From Bacillota bacterium (lineage in GTDB: Bacteria; Bacillota; Clostridia; Lachnospirales; Lachnospiraceae), in contig JAEZKU010000005.1 in the NCBI GenBank assembly GCA_023436065.1, positions 12,448-76,447 of the forward strand: a stretch of 64,000 nt of DNA. Reading direction: 5' to 3'. Below are positions 9,208-19,310 of this stretch, piece after piece. The notes beneath the pieces are model-generated. The model made no database searches and was not told the origin of the DNA. It worked only from the letters and a program-made list of their open reading frames with translations. Numbering within the stretch: position 1 is the first letter of the stretch; every line of letters starts with the position of its first letter. Both the position numbers and the translations under genes were made by a program.

Positions 9208-9630
9208 ATGCTGGAGAAAGAATTTGAAAAGCTTTATTTTAAATTTCGCAATAATTACTGTAAGAATCTGTTTTCTGGTGTGAACGAGGATGACGAGAGC
9301 TTAAGCCCTACCGAGTCCTACTGTGTTGAAGCAATTTTCCTGCTGAACCGTCCTACGGTGCATCAGTTTGCTAACTATGTGAATATATCTCAACCGAACG
9401 CAACCTATCGGATCAGCAACCTCATCAGTAAGGGATATGTACGTAAGGTGCTTTCCGAGGATGACCGCAGAGAGTATTTCCTTGAGGTTACAGATAAATT
9501 TTCCAGAAATTATGGTATGAATGCTTCCTTTAATGCGCAGCTGATGAGCGGTATTCGTGAGAAGTTTACAGAGGATGAAATTGCGCTTCTTGAAAAGATG
9601 ATTAAAAGATTAAATACGATCATGTCCTAG
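9208..9630 (+). CDS. MarR-family winged-helix regulator
   Basis: ISQPNATYRISNLISKGYV...DRRE wing motif; 140 aa. Confidence 0.85.
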   Translation: MLEKEFEKLYFKFRNNYCKNLFSGVNEDDESLSPTESYCVEAIFLLNRPTVHQFANYVNISQPNATYRISNLISKGYVRKVLSEDDRREYFLEVTDKFSRNYGMNASFNAQLMSGIREKFTEDEIALLEKMIKRLNTIMS

Positions 9631-9658
9631 AGGATGAAGAATGATCAACGGACACAAT

Positions 9659-9719
9659 AAGAGGCAGTTGCAAAATTCAAAGAAGTGTTATACATTGATT
9701 TTGCAGCAGCCTCTTTTTT
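9659..9719 (+). terminator. Intrinsic terminator (short palindrome family)
   Basis: AAGAGGC..TTGCAAAAT...ATTTTGCA..GCCTCTT followed by a T-tract. Confidence 0.7.
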
Positions 9720-9734
9720 ATTAGATTAAGATCA

Positions 9735-10016
9735 TTATTGCCATACGTGATCAAACTCAAGTTTATGTAAACAGGTTGCATAAGGCATACCTGTCATCGG
9801 TTTATATATCTCGATACCTGTAAAATGGCTGTCCTGTACCAAGCCCGGTTTTGGCCTGGCAATGCAGATGAAGCGATATCTCATGCCTGCCTCTTCGCGT
9901 TTTGCATAGGCTACAGGATAATAATCGAAGGAGTCGATGTGCCGCTTAAGGACATTATATAAGAGCAGTGCCTCATACGGGGGAATGACCGGATCGTAAA
10001 CCCAGCTCTTAGGCAT
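9735..10016 (-). CDS. Hypothetical protein, 93 aa
   Basis: ATG with a GAGGTG RBS; fills an otherwise empty interval. Confidence 0.6.
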   Translation of the reverse strand: MPKSWVYDPVIPPYEALLLYNVLKRHIDSFDYYPVAYAKREEAGMRYRFICIARPKPGLVQDSHFTGIEIYKPMTGMPYATCLHKLEFDHVWQ

Positions 10017-10073
10017 GCTAATTCACCTCAGAAAGAGCGTTACTATATCATATGCAGGATCAAAAAAATGTTA

Positions 10074-10133
10074 ATACATGATTCACAAAATGTATGTGAA
10101 GCAGACATTTTTGGATACATGATTCACAAAATG
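10074..10133 (+). repeat. Perfect 19-bp direct repeat pair upstream of GH43
   Basis: ATACATGATTCACAAAATG at 10074-10092 and 10115-10133. Confidence 0.85.
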
Positions 10134-10166
10134 CGCACAGAATGTGTGCAAGTATGGGAGGGTTCT

Positions 10167-11771
10167 ATGAGAACAAGAGTATCAAATCCAATATTACCGG
10201 GTTTTTACCCGGACCCATCTATTTGCAGAGTGGGAGAGGATTACTATATGGTGACCTCAACCTTTTCTTATTTTCCGGGTGTTCCGATCTTTCACAGCAG
10301 GGATCTGGTCCACTGGAAGCAGATCGGAAATGTTCTTGATCGGGAAGAGCAGCTTGATCTGTCCGGAGTAAAGCATTCGGAAGGAATTTTTGCCCCGACG
10401 ATTCGGTATCATCAGGGCACCTTCTACATGATAACCACGAATGTGACCCGTGGCGGTAATTTTGTCGTGACAGCCAAGAATCCTGCGGGACCCTGGTCGT
10501 ATCCGTTCTTTCTTGAGGCGGAAGGGATTGACCCCTCCCTGTTCTTTGATGATGACGGAAGATGCTATTATACCGGTACGAGAGCCCGCAGAGAGAGAGA
10601 GAACGGAAGTACCAGGATAGCTCCGGATGCAAAGGTGGCCTCCGAGTACTTTGGGGATAATGAGATATTTTTGCAGGAGCTGGATCTCAATACCATGAAG
10701 CTGGTTGGAGATACCTATGCCTTATGGTACGGAGCTTTACGCAATGTCGTATGGCCGGAGGGCCCTCATCTGTATAAGAAGGATGGCAGATATTATCTGT
10801 TGATTGCAGAAGCGGGTACCGCCCATGAGCATGCAGTCACAGTGGCATCTTCCACCAGCCTGACTGAGCCGTTTGAAGGTTATCGGGGCAATCCGATCCT
10901 GACACACCGGAATCTCGGTAAGAATTATCCGATTGTCAATGTGGGCCACGGCGATTTGGTTGAGACTCAGAACGGTGAGTGGTATATGGTGGTGCTAGCT
11001 TCCCGCCCCTATGGCGGTTACTATCGAAACCTGGGTAGAGAGACCTTTCTGGTACCGGTTACCTGGGAAGACGGATGGCCGGTGGTTAATGCCGGTGTGG
11101 GAAGGCTGGAGGATACGGTTCTGGGACCGGAGCTTGAGCCGGTGCCGGTAGAAAAGGTCCCTGAGCGGGAAGACTTTGATGAAACAGTACTTCCGCATCA
11201 TTTCCTCTGGCTTCGTAATCCAAAGCCTGAAAATTACAGCCTGTCTGCACGAAAAGGCTATTTGCGGATGAGGCTGGCAGCGGAGAGCATCACGGAGTTA
11301 GTCAGCCCAAGCTATGTCGGTATCAGGCAAACGGGGATGAGCTACATACTTGAGACTTGTATGGAATTTAATCCGCAGAGCAGGCAGGAGGAAGCAGGTT
11401 TAGTACTTCTGCAGAATAACCTGTATCATTATCGGTTTGTCAGTACAGCGAGAAATGGTATCAGGCTTTTATTGCTAATCCGCTGCTTCGAAGGAAAGGA
11501 AGAAGTACTTGCTGAGGTAATCATCGGGAAAGAGGATCAGAAAGAAATAAGGCTTCGTGTAACTGCAAAAGGACAGGAGCTGCAATTTGCATATAGCTAT
11601 GACGGGAAGAGCTATCATATTGCCAAGTCAGATGTTGACGGCAGGATATTAAGTACGGATGTGGCAGGCGGTTTCGTAGGAACCACCCTGGGACTGTACT
11701 GTTCCTCCTGTGGAATGAAAAGTGCAAATTATGCGGATTTTGACTGGTTGGAATATAGGAATCTGGAATAA
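10167..11771 (+). CDS. GH43 beta-xylosidase/arabinofuranosidase with a C-terminal beta-sandwich
   Basis: NPILPGFYPDPSI, FAPTIRYH, GIDPSLFFDDDG, WPEGPH; no signal peptide; start moved to ATG 10167 (RBS GGGAGGG). Confidence 0.93.
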   Translation: MRTRVSNPILPGFYPDPSICRVGEDYYMVTSTFSYFPGVPIFHSRDLVHWKQIGNVLDREEQLDLSGVKHSEGIFAPTIRYHQGTFYMITTNVTRGGNFVVTAKNPAGPWSYPFFLEAEGIDPSLFFDDDGRCYYTGTRARRERENGSTRIAPDAKVASEYFGDNEIFLQELDLNTMKLVGDTYALWYGALRNVVWPEGPHLYKKDGRYYLLIAEAGTAHEHAVTVASSTSLTEPFEGYRGNPILTHRNLGKNYPIVNVGHGDLVETQNGEWYMVVLASRPYGGYYRNLGRETFLVPVTWEDGWPVVNAGVGRLEDTVLGPELEPVPVEKVPEREDFDETVLPHHFLWLRNPKPENYSLSARKGYLRMRLAAESITELVSPSYVGIRQTGMSYILETCMEFNPQSRQEEAGLVLLQNNLYHYRFVSTARNGIRLLLLIRCFEGKEEVLAEVIIGKEDQKEIRLRVTAKGQELQFAYSYDGKSYHIAKSDVDGRILSTDVAGGFVGTTLGLYCSSCGMKSANYADFDWLEYRNLE

Positions 11772-11772
11772 C

Positions 11773-11809
11773 AGAGAGAAAGCCTGCTTTTTAAGCAGGC
11801 TTTCTCTCT
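11773..11809. terminator. Bidirectional terminator
   Basis: AGAGAGAAAGCCTGCTT-TTT-AAGCAGGCTTTCTCTCT perfect stem between convergent genes. Confidence 0.8.
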
Positions 11810-11864
11810 AAAAGGAAAGATAATGATACTATGAAAAAAAGAAAGATTTACGCATAGTCAGGGA

Positions 11865-12740
11865 CTAATCATGCCCGTGATTTCTTCTGCGGTATAAGTT
11901 TTTAAATTCTGTCGGAGTACATTCCTTTAAGTTCTTGAATACCCGGTTGAAGGTAGCGATACTGGAGAAACCGGAAAGCATAGCAACCTCTGTAATCGTA
12001 AGGCGAGGGTCGAGCAGGAGCTTTTCAGCTTCCTTGACCCTTCTTTGATTCAGGTAATCATAGAAGGACATATCCGTAAACTGCTTGAAGAGTCTGGAAA
12101 AGTGAAATTTACTGAAGCCTGCCACATCGGCAATGGTGTTCAGGGAAATATCTTCTGTATAATTGTTGCTGATATATTCAAATATGGTATTGAACTTATC
12201 GATATATTCCCGCTGCTTATTAAGCTTCACGGCAGGGAACAGATTCTCGGTATTCATATATTTGCGCCCGGTCACAACAAGCATCTGAATAATCAATGCA
12301 TAGATTGCTTCCTCGCGAAGGGTATTCTTACTTTGATATTCCTTCGTCAGCTCATGGAACAGGTCTGAAAGCTTATCATAAATATCCGGTGTAGTGGTCG
12401 GTGTGATTAATCGCGGTTGGCTTAGTATCGTAAGAATATTGGATAATCCCTTCAGGTTGCTTATTAATGAAAAGTCAAACAGCAATATCCGTCTTACGCC
12501 CTCCGAGGGAGCAATCAATTCATGAAGCTCACCCGGGGGGATGATCAGAATATCTCCCTCCTGCAGCAGGTAGGTGGTTTTTCCGATGTTAATGGTATAT
12601 ATGTTCTCAATCGGCATGATCATCTCAATTGCCGTATGCCAGTGTACTGGATAATTATCGGTTTCATGGTTGATATGGAGTAAAATCGAGGAGTGATTTT
12701 GATAATCCACCTTCTCAAATATACCGTCCATAATCCGCAT
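11865..12740 (-). CDS. AraC-family regulator (cupin plus HTH)
   Basis: HWH cupin motif and C-terminal FSRLFK...GF-S...F-R-FK; start moved to ATG 12740. Confidence 0.92.
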   Translation of the reverse strand: MRIMDGIFEKVDYQNHSSILLHINHETDNYPVHWHTAIEMIMPIENIYTINIGKTTYLLQEGDILIIPPGELHELIAPSEGVRRILLFDFSLISNLKGLSNILTILSQPRLITPTTTPDIYDKLSDLFHELTKEYQSKNTLREEAIYALIIQMLVVTGRKYMNTENLFPAVKLNKQREYIDKFNTIFEYISNNYTEDISLNTIADVAGFSKFHFSRLFKQFTDMSFYDYLNQRRVKEAEKLLLDPRLTITEVAMLSGFSSIATFNRVFKNLKECTPTEFKNLYRRRNHGHD

Positions 12741-13018
12741 AAATGTAGTCCTGCCTTTCAGTATTTTTACTCTGTCTATCTCACAAGCAGTCACTATATA
12801 TATTGTTTGATTATTGCTGTACAGCTACTTATAGACTGAGTAAATATTGCTATTTATATATGGGGTAGATTTACAGTTTGAAAAATAGAAGCCTCAAATC
12901 CGTTAAATATGTGTTTTTATTGAATATTTAAGCATTATCTATCATTAAAGCTATTTTAATATATCTTTGACACTTTGTAAATAACATTTGTTAATTGAAT
13001 GAATTATTTTAACATAAT

Positions 13019-13075
13019 AGCAAAACATGATATTACTATAGCAATAATTGATAGGATAAAAAGCAAATTTTGATA
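13019..13075 (+). promoter_or_regulatory. Three AGCAA-N4-TGATA direct repeats (candidate AraC operator)
   Basis: Copies start at 13019, 13040 and 13062 (21 and 22 bp apart), between divergent araC and GH3. Confidence 0.65.
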
Positions 13076-13164
13076 TAGACTTATATTATCAATAAAAAAG
13101 GTAAACATATAATTGAAACTCAGACTATTTTGTCGGTTTATATAGGGATGAATAAGAATTTTGC

Positions 13165-13207
13165 AGAATGGTTCAATGAGAAACGAGAGATCTCATTGAA
13201 CCATTCT
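13165..13207 (+). other. 17-bp perfect hairpin in the GH3 5' region
   Basis: AGAATGGTTCAATGAGA-9 nt-TCTCATTGAACCATTCT with no U-tract. Confidence 0.7.
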
Positions 13208-13284
13208 CGTAGAAACGATAATTTTTATGATCAATAATACCTGATTAACCCATAAACTATGAATTGATAAGGAGGATAGCTAAG

Positions 13285-15444
13285 ATGCAGGATAATAAGG
13301 CTTATATGAATGAGTCCTTAAGCTTTGAAGAGAGAGCAAAGGATCTGGTATCGAAGATGACCTTGGAAGAGAAGATCTTCCAGACCCTGCACACCGCGCC
13401 GGCAATCGAAAGACTCGGTGTAAAGGCATATAACTGGTGGAACGAAGCGCTTCACGGAGTGGCCCGTGCCGGTGTAGCTACAGTATTCCCTCAGGCAATC
13501 GGCCTGGCAGCAACCTTTGATGAGGATCTGTTGGAGGAAGTAGCGGATATAATCTCTACTGAGGGACGAGCTAAATTCAATATGCAGCAGAAGTACAACG
13601 ATACGGATATTTATAAGGGTCTGACCTTCTGGTCTCCTAATGTGAATATCTTTCGCGATCCAAGATGGGGAAGAGGCCATGAGACTTATGGAGAAGATCC
13701 TTACTTAAGTTCCAGATTGGGCGTCAGATTTATCAACGGTATTCAGGGGCATGACAAGAAATATCTAAAGGCGGCGGCTTGTGCAAAGCATTTTGCGGTA
13801 CATTCCGGTCCGGAGGATATCAGACATAGCTTTAATGCTGAGGTCAGCCAACAGGATTTATACGAGACTTATCTGCCTGCCTTCAAGGCATGTGTTAAGG
13901 AAGCCGGTGTTGAGGCTGTGATGGGAGCCTATAACAGAACCAACGGTGAGCCCTGCTGTGGAAGCAAGACACTACTCCAGGATATCTTGAGAGAGGATTG
14001 GGGATTTTCGGGCCATGTAACCTCCGATTGCTGGGCAATCAAGGACTTCCATGAAGGCCATATGGTTACCTCCAATGCTGTGGAGTCGGTTGCACTTGCG
14101 ATGAATAACGGCTGCGATTTGAACTGCGGCAATATCTACGGAAATCTTTTGTACGCAGTCAGGGATGGCTTAGTCAGTGAAGAGACCATCAATAAGGCGG
14201 TGACCAGACTGGTTATGACACGTATGAAGCTTGGTTTATTTGACGATCAGTCAAAGGTGCCCTTCGGCGATATCACCTATGAACAGGTGGATACCAAGGA
14301 ACATCAGCTTCTGAATCAGAAGGCTGCCAAAAAGAGTGTTGTACTGTTAAAAAATGAGAAGAACCTTCTTCCATTGGATAAAAAGAAGTTAAAGACTATC
14401 GGAGTCATCGGACCGAATGCCGATAACCGAAAGGCACTTGTAGGAAATTATGAGGGAACCGCCTCAGAGTATGTAACCATACTGGAAGGAATCAAGGAAT
14501 ACCTTGGCGAGGCTGTCAGAGTTTATTATTCCGAAGGCTGCCATCTGTTCAAGCAGGGTGTCAGCGGACTCTCTGTAGGGAATGACAGAATTTCGGAGGC
14601 TCGTGCAGTCTGCGATATGAGTGATGTGGTAATTGCCTGCTTCGGACTGGATCCCGGTCTGGAGGGTGAGGAAGGCGATCAGGGCAATGAATTTGCCAGC
14701 GGTGATAAGCCTAACTTAAATCTTCCAGGAATCCAGGAGGATGTGCTGAAGGTGTTGGTGGAAAGCGGAAAACCGGTGGTGCTGGTACTGTTATCCGGCA
14801 GTGCATTAAGTGTTCCGTGGGCGGACGAGCATATTCCCGCAATTCTTCAGGGATGGTATCCGGGTGCGCAGGGTGGTCGCGCAATTGCAGAGGTTCTGTT
14901 CGGTGAATTTTCACCGGAGGGCAAGCTTCCGGTTACCTTCTACCGTACCTCAGAGGAGTTGCCTGAGTTCACGGATTATAACATGAAGGGAAGAACCTAC
15001 CGGTATATGACCAATGAGGCATTGTATCCTTTTGGTTATGGATTATCCTATACAAGCTTTGAACTGAGCAATATTACGTTGGACTCAGAGGAAATCGTTC
15101 CCGGTAAAGCAATCACCTGCAGTGTGGAGATAAAGAATACCGGTGTGTATACGGGAGCTGAGACAATTCAAGCTTATGTAAGAGTGAAGAAGGACGGTGC
15201 ACCGAAGCATCAGTTGAAGGGTCTAAAGAAGCTTACCCTAAATCCCGGCGAGAAGAAAACTGTACAGCTGATTCTTCCGGATGAAGCCTTTGGTTTATAT
15301 GACAACAACGGTAATCTGGTACTTCATGAGGGTGAGGTTGAGCTTTTCATAGGAAGCTGTCAGCCTGATGCAAGAAGTATCAGTCTGACCGGTAACAAAC
15401 CATACTGTAAGACACTTCTTTCCAAAAAGACTGTTATATTGTAA
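13285..15444 (+). CDS. GH3 beta-xylosidase
   Basis: WWNEALHG, RDPRWGR, KHFA, nucleophile motif SDCWA; start ATG 13285 behind AAGGAGG. Confidence 0.93.
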   Translation: MQDNKAYMNESLSFEERAKDLVSKMTLEEKIFQTLHTAPAIERLGVKAYNWWNEALHGVARAGVATVFPQAIGLAATFDEDLLEEVADIISTEGRAKFNMQQKYNDTDIYKGLTFWSPNVNIFRDPRWGRGHETYGEDPYLSSRLGVRFINGIQGHDKKYLKAAACAKHFAVHSGPEDIRHSFNAEVSQQDLYETYLPAFKACVKEAGVEAVMGAYNRTNGEPCCGSKTLLQDILREDWGFSGHVTSDCWAIKDFHEGHMVTSNAVESVALAMNNGCDLNCGNIYGNLLYAVRDGLVSEETINKAVTRLVMTRMKLGLFDDQSKVPFGDITYEQVDTKEHQLLNQKAAKKSVVLLKNEKNLLPLDKKKLKTIGVIGPNADNRKALVGNYEGTASEYVTILEGIKEYLGEAVRVYYSEGCHLFKQGVSGLSVGNDRISEARAVCDMSDVVIACFGLDPGLEGEEGDQGNEFASGDKPNLNLPGIQEDVLKVLVESGKPVVLVLLSGSALSVPWADEHIPAILQGWYPGAQGGRAIAEVLFGEFSPEGKLPVTFYRTSEELPEFTDYNMKGRTYRYMTNEALYPFGYGLSYTSFELSNITLDSEEIVPGKAITCSVEIKNTGVYTGAETIQAYVRVKKDGAPKHQLKGLKKLTLNPGEKKTVQLILPDEAFGLYDNNGNLVLHEGEVELFIGSCQPDARSISLTGNKPYCKTLLSKKTVIL

Positions 15445-15475
15445 AGATTTCGGATAATATTATACTAGCAAGAGA

Positions 15476-15523
15476 ATATTGGGAGTGTTATTATTCAGAT
15501 ATTGAATGATATACTCCCAATAT
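15476..15523 (+). other. Intra-operon stem-loop between GH3 and GH67
   Basis: ATATTGGGAGT...ACTCCCAATAT with inner pairing and no U-tract. Confidence 0.6.
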
Positions 15524-15571
15524 ATATAATCATAGTTTCATACTAATATGTAAGGAAATGAGGAAATTGAA

Positions 15572-17557
15572 ATGAGTTATAATCAAGGTTGGTTGAATTA
15601 CCATAAAGTACCTCAGTTCGGAGATGCAAAGCTTTTGAATATCCGACTGTACTGTGAAAATATCGAAGAGGGTTCTAAGATTATCGCAAATGCGAAGAAG
15701 GAGCTTAAGCGTGCATTGGCTGGAATGCTTGGAATGGAACTTGACACAGAAATGCTTACAGTGACAAAGCAGGCTGTGTCTGAACTCTCCCATAAGGAAG
15801 GCTTCATTCTGAAGGAGGAGAACTCAGAGATCCATATCATCGGAAAGACGGAAGTTGGTATCCTCTATGGCGTATATGAGTTGATTCGAAGAATTGCGGC
15901 AGGCAGCTCTCTGCGAGGAATGAAACTGATCGAGTGTCCGAAGAATCCGTTACGTATGCTGAATCACTGGGATAACTCAGATGGCAGTATTGAACGGGGA
16001 TATTCGGGACAATCCTTTTTCTTTGAGAAGGAGGAGCTTTTGGTGAATGACAGAACCGTGGATTATGCAAGGTTGGTATCCTCTGCAGGGATTAACGGTG
16101 TTGTGATCAATAATGTTAACGTACACAGCGGGGTGGCAACGAAGCTGATCACGGAGGAATACCATGAAAAGGTAAAGGCTTTGGCAGATATCTTTGCAGG
16201 GTATGGAATCAAGCTTTTTGTAAGCATCAACTTTGCAGCACCCATGGAAATCGGCGGACTACCTACTGCAGATCCATGTGATGACAAAGTAGCAGGATGG
16301 TGGGAGCAGTGTGTAGCCAAACTGTATCAGAATATACCCCACTTTGGAGGCTTCCTCGTAAAGGCGGATTCCGAAGGAAGACCCGGACCCTTCACCTATA
16401 ACAGAACACATGCTGACGGAGCCAATGTCCTGGCGAGAGCACTCAAGCCTTATGGCGGACTGTTGATCTGGCGCTGCTTTGTATATAACTGTCGGCAGGA
16501 TTGGAGAGACTATAAGACGGATCGTGCGAGGGCAGCCTATGATAATTTTATAGGGCTGGATGGTCTCTTTGAGGAAAATGTTATTCTTCAGATTAAAAAC
16601 GGACCGATGGATTTTCAGGTAAGAGAACCGGTAACTCCGTTATTCGGAGGTCTGAAGCGGACAAATCAGATTCTGGAGGTTCAGGCTGCACAGGAGTATA
16701 CCGGGCAGCAGAAGGATGTATGCTATCTGATTCCCATGTGGAAGGAAGTGTTAAGCTTCAATACCTACGGGAAGGAATCAGCAGCAACAGTGGCAGATAT
16801 CGTATCCGGCAGAACCTATGGACAGGTGAACTGCGGTATGGCAGCGGTAGCGAATACCGGTAATGATTTCAACTGGACAGGTCATGATCTGGCAGCAGCA
16901 AATTTATATGGCTTCGGACGCCTCTGCTGGAATACTGAGCTGACAGCCGAAGAGATTGCGAAGGAATGGATCCAGCTTACATACCTGTGGAATGATAAGG
17001 TATTGAAGGTACTGCTGGATATCCTGATGAAATCCTGGCTGACTTATGAGAAATATACCGTACCCCTGGGTATCGGCTGGATGGTAAATCCGAATAATCA
17101 TTATGGCCCGAATGTGGACGGCTATGAATACGACAGATGGGGAACCTATCACAGAGCTGACCGCGACGGTCTTGGTGTGGATCGTACAAAAGCAGGTACA
17201 GGCTATGCTTCTCAGTATAATGAACCGAATGCCTCCATGTATGAGAATGTGGCTACCTGTCCTGAGAAGCTGCTGCTATTCTTCCATTACATTCGCTATG
17301 ACTATGTATTAAAGAGCGGCAAGACCTTAATCCAGCACATTTACGACACTCATTTTGAGGGTGTGGAAGAAGTTGAGGGCATGCTGGCAGCGTTCCGGGA
17401 GTTGAGCGGACTGCTTCCCGGGGATGTCTATGACCGGATCACGGAAAGGTTTTCCCTTCAGCTTGAAAATGCTAAGGAATGGCGTGACAGGATTAATACG
17501 TATTTTTATCGTAAGTCCGGTGTGGAGGATGATAAGAAGCGCATGATCTATAAATAA
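15572..17557 (+). CDS. aguA: Alpha-glucuronidase GH67
   Basis: RMLNHWDN-DGSIERGY-G, KADSEG, KNGPMDFQVREP, QEYTGQQ. Confidence 0.95.
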   Translation: MSYNQGWLNYHKVPQFGDAKLLNIRLYCENIEEGSKIIANAKKELKRALAGMLGMELDTEMLTVTKQAVSELSHKEGFILKEENSEIHIIGKTEVGILYGVYELIRRIAAGSSLRGMKLIECPKNPLRMLNHWDNSDGSIERGYSGQSFFFEKEELLVNDRTVDYARLVSSAGINGVVINNVNVHSGVATKLITEEYHEKVKALADIFAGYGIKLFVSINFAAPMEIGGLPTADPCDDKVAGWWEQCVAKLYQNIPHFGGFLVKADSEGRPGPFTYNRTHADGANVLARALKPYGGLLIWRCFVYNCRQDWRDYKTDRARAAYDNFIGLDGLFEENVILQIKNGPMDFQVREPVTPLFGGLKRTNQILEVQAAQEYTGQQKDVCYLIPMWKEVLSFNTYGKESAATVADIVSGRTYGQVNCGMAAVANTGNDFNWTGHDLAAANLYGFGRLCWNTELTAEEIAKEWIQLTYLWNDKVLKVLLDILMKSWLTYEKYTVPLGIGWMVNPNNHYGPNVDGYEYDRWGTYHRADRDGLGVDRTKAGTGYASQYNEPNASMYENVATCPEKLLLFFHYIRYDYVLKSGKTLIQHIYDTHFEGVEEVEGMLAAFRELSGLLPGDVYDRITERFSLQLENAKEWRDRINTYFYRKSGVEDDKKRMIYK

Positions 17558-17627
17558 AGAGATCAAACAGGGATAAGCTATGTTACAGATAGATTTGGGA
17601 AAAACCCCGGAAAGGTTCAGGTGATGT

Positions 17628-19232
17628 ATGAGATTACGGGATTATGATCAGACATGGAAAGCTAAGGGCTATGAACTGCCTGAGTATGACAGAGCGAAGG
17701 TAAGAAAGGCTACGATGGAGAAGCCTTCCTGGCTTCATTTTGGGGCAGGCAATATCTTTCGTGGTTTTCCGGCTGCTGATCTGCAGAAGCTGTTGGATAA
17801 CGGCGATTATGATAAGGGAGTGATCGTTGCAGAGGGCTTCGATTATGAGATCATTGAGAAGGCATATCAGCCCTTTGATGACTTAAGCCTCCTTGTGGTG
17901 TTGAAGGCAGACGGCAGTATAGAGAAGAAGGTGATCGGCAGTGTGGTAGAATCGTTGACTGCTGACAGTGGCAGAACGAATCAATGGAACAGGTTAAAGG
18001 AGATCTATCGGAATCCGTCTCTTCAGATGGTGAGCTTTACCATTACGGAGAAGGGTTACAGCCTCGTGGATGCCAAGGGTGATCTTCAGGGAGGCGTACT
18101 GAAGGATTTCCAGAACGGCCCGGAGAAGCCTGACAATATTATGGGAAAGGTCACAGCTCTCCTATATGAAAGATATCTTGCAGGTAGTACACCGATCGCC
18201 ATGGTCAGCATGGATAACTGTTCCCACAACGGGGACAAGCTGTTTGCAGCCGTAGAGGCCTATGCGAAGAATTGGATCAGCAATGGTTTTGTGAACGAAG
18301 GCTTCCTGTCTTATATTAATGACTCCGGGAAGGTATCCTTCCCCTGGAGTATGATAGATAAGATTACGCCGAGACCGGATGACAAGGTAAAGCAGATGCT
18401 GCAGGATGACGACTTCGAAGATACAGATTTAATCATTACAGGTAAGAATACTTATACCGCTGCCTTTGTCAATGCGGAGGAGACAGAGTATCTCGTAATT
18501 GAAGACCATTTCCCGAACGGAAGGCCTCCCTTTGAAAAAGCGGGTATCCTCTTCACAGACAGAGAGACGGTAGATAAGGTAGAAAGAATGAAGGTATGTA
18601 CCTGTTTAAATCCCCTCCATACTGCGCTTGCTATCTATGGCTGCCTTCTGTCCTACACGACGATTTGGCAGGAGATGAGGGACGAGGAGCTGGTGAAGCT
18701 TGTGAATAAGATCGGTTATGTTGAGGGTATGCCGGTTGTGGTGAATCCCGGGGTTCTGGATCCTCAGGTATTCATAGGGGCTGTGCTGGAACGGCGTCTG
18801 CCGAATCCCTTCATGCCGGATGCTCCCCAGCGTATCGCAACGGATACATCACAAAAGCTGCCGATCCGTTTCGGTGAGACTATCAAGGCTTACCTTGCCC
18901 GCAAGGAGCTTAAAGTGACTGACTTGACCTTCATTCCCCTGGTTCTTGCTGGTTGGTGCAGATACCTGATGGGTGTGGATGATAACGGAGTCGAATTTAC
19001 TCCCAGTCCCGATCCGATGCTTACAGAGGTAAAGGAACATGTGAAGGATATCAGACTTGGTGACACGATGCTTTCTAAGGATGCCTTGAAGCCGATCCTG
19101 TCTAACGACAAGATATTTGCTGTTAATCTCTATGAGGCAGGTCTTGGTGAGAAGATTGAAGCAATGTTCCTTGAACTGATTGCAGGAAAAGGTGCTGTAA
19201 GAAATACATTAAAGAAATATTTAAGTGAATAA
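17628..19232 (+). CDS. Mannitol-dehydrogenase-family D-mannonate oxidoreductase (UxuB-like)
   Basis: WLHFGAGNIFR, TITEKGY, SMDN, MIDKITP; follows the glucuronidase gene. Confidence 0.8.
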   Translation: MRLRDYDQTWKAKGYELPEYDRAKVRKATMEKPSWLHFGAGNIFRGFPAADLQKLLDNGDYDKGVIVAEGFDYEIIEKAYQPFDDLSLLVVLKADGSIEKKVIGSVVESLTADSGRTNQWNRLKEIYRNPSLQMVSFTITEKGYSLVDAKGDLQGGVLKDFQNGPEKPDNIMGKVTALLYERYLAGSTPIAMVSMDNCSHNGDKLFAAVEAYAKNWISNGFVNEGFLSYINDSGKVSFPWSMIDKITPRPDDKVKQMLQDDDFEDTDLIITGKNTYTAAFVNAEETEYLVIEDHFPNGRPPFEKAGILFTDRETVDKVERMKVCTCLNPLHTALAIYGCLLSYTTIWQEMRDEELVKLVNKIGYVEGMPVVVNPGVLDPQVFIGAVLERRLPNPFMPDAPQRIATDTSQKLPIRFGETIKAYLARKELKVTDLTFIPLVLAGWCRYLMGVDDNGVEFTPSPDPMLTEVKEHVKDIRLGDTMLSKDALKPILSNDKIFAVNLYEAGLGEKIEAMFLELIAGKGAVRNTLKKYLSE

Positions 19233-19239
19233 ATTTCAT

Positions 19240-19310
19240 AAGCTGCTGCTTACATCGTATCAATTTGTCCTCTATATAACCGGAGGAAAGCGATTAAGCA
19301 GCAGCTTTTT
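19240..19310 (+). terminator. Terminator of the xylosidase-glucuronidase operon
   Basis: AAGCTGCTGCTTA...TAAGCAGCAGCTT followed by a T-tract. Confidence 0.65.

Noticed and set aside
10074..10133. Mini-CRISPR interpretation of the 19-bp repeat pair
   Set aside because: Only two repeats, repeat and spacer are too short, and there are no cas genes in the window.
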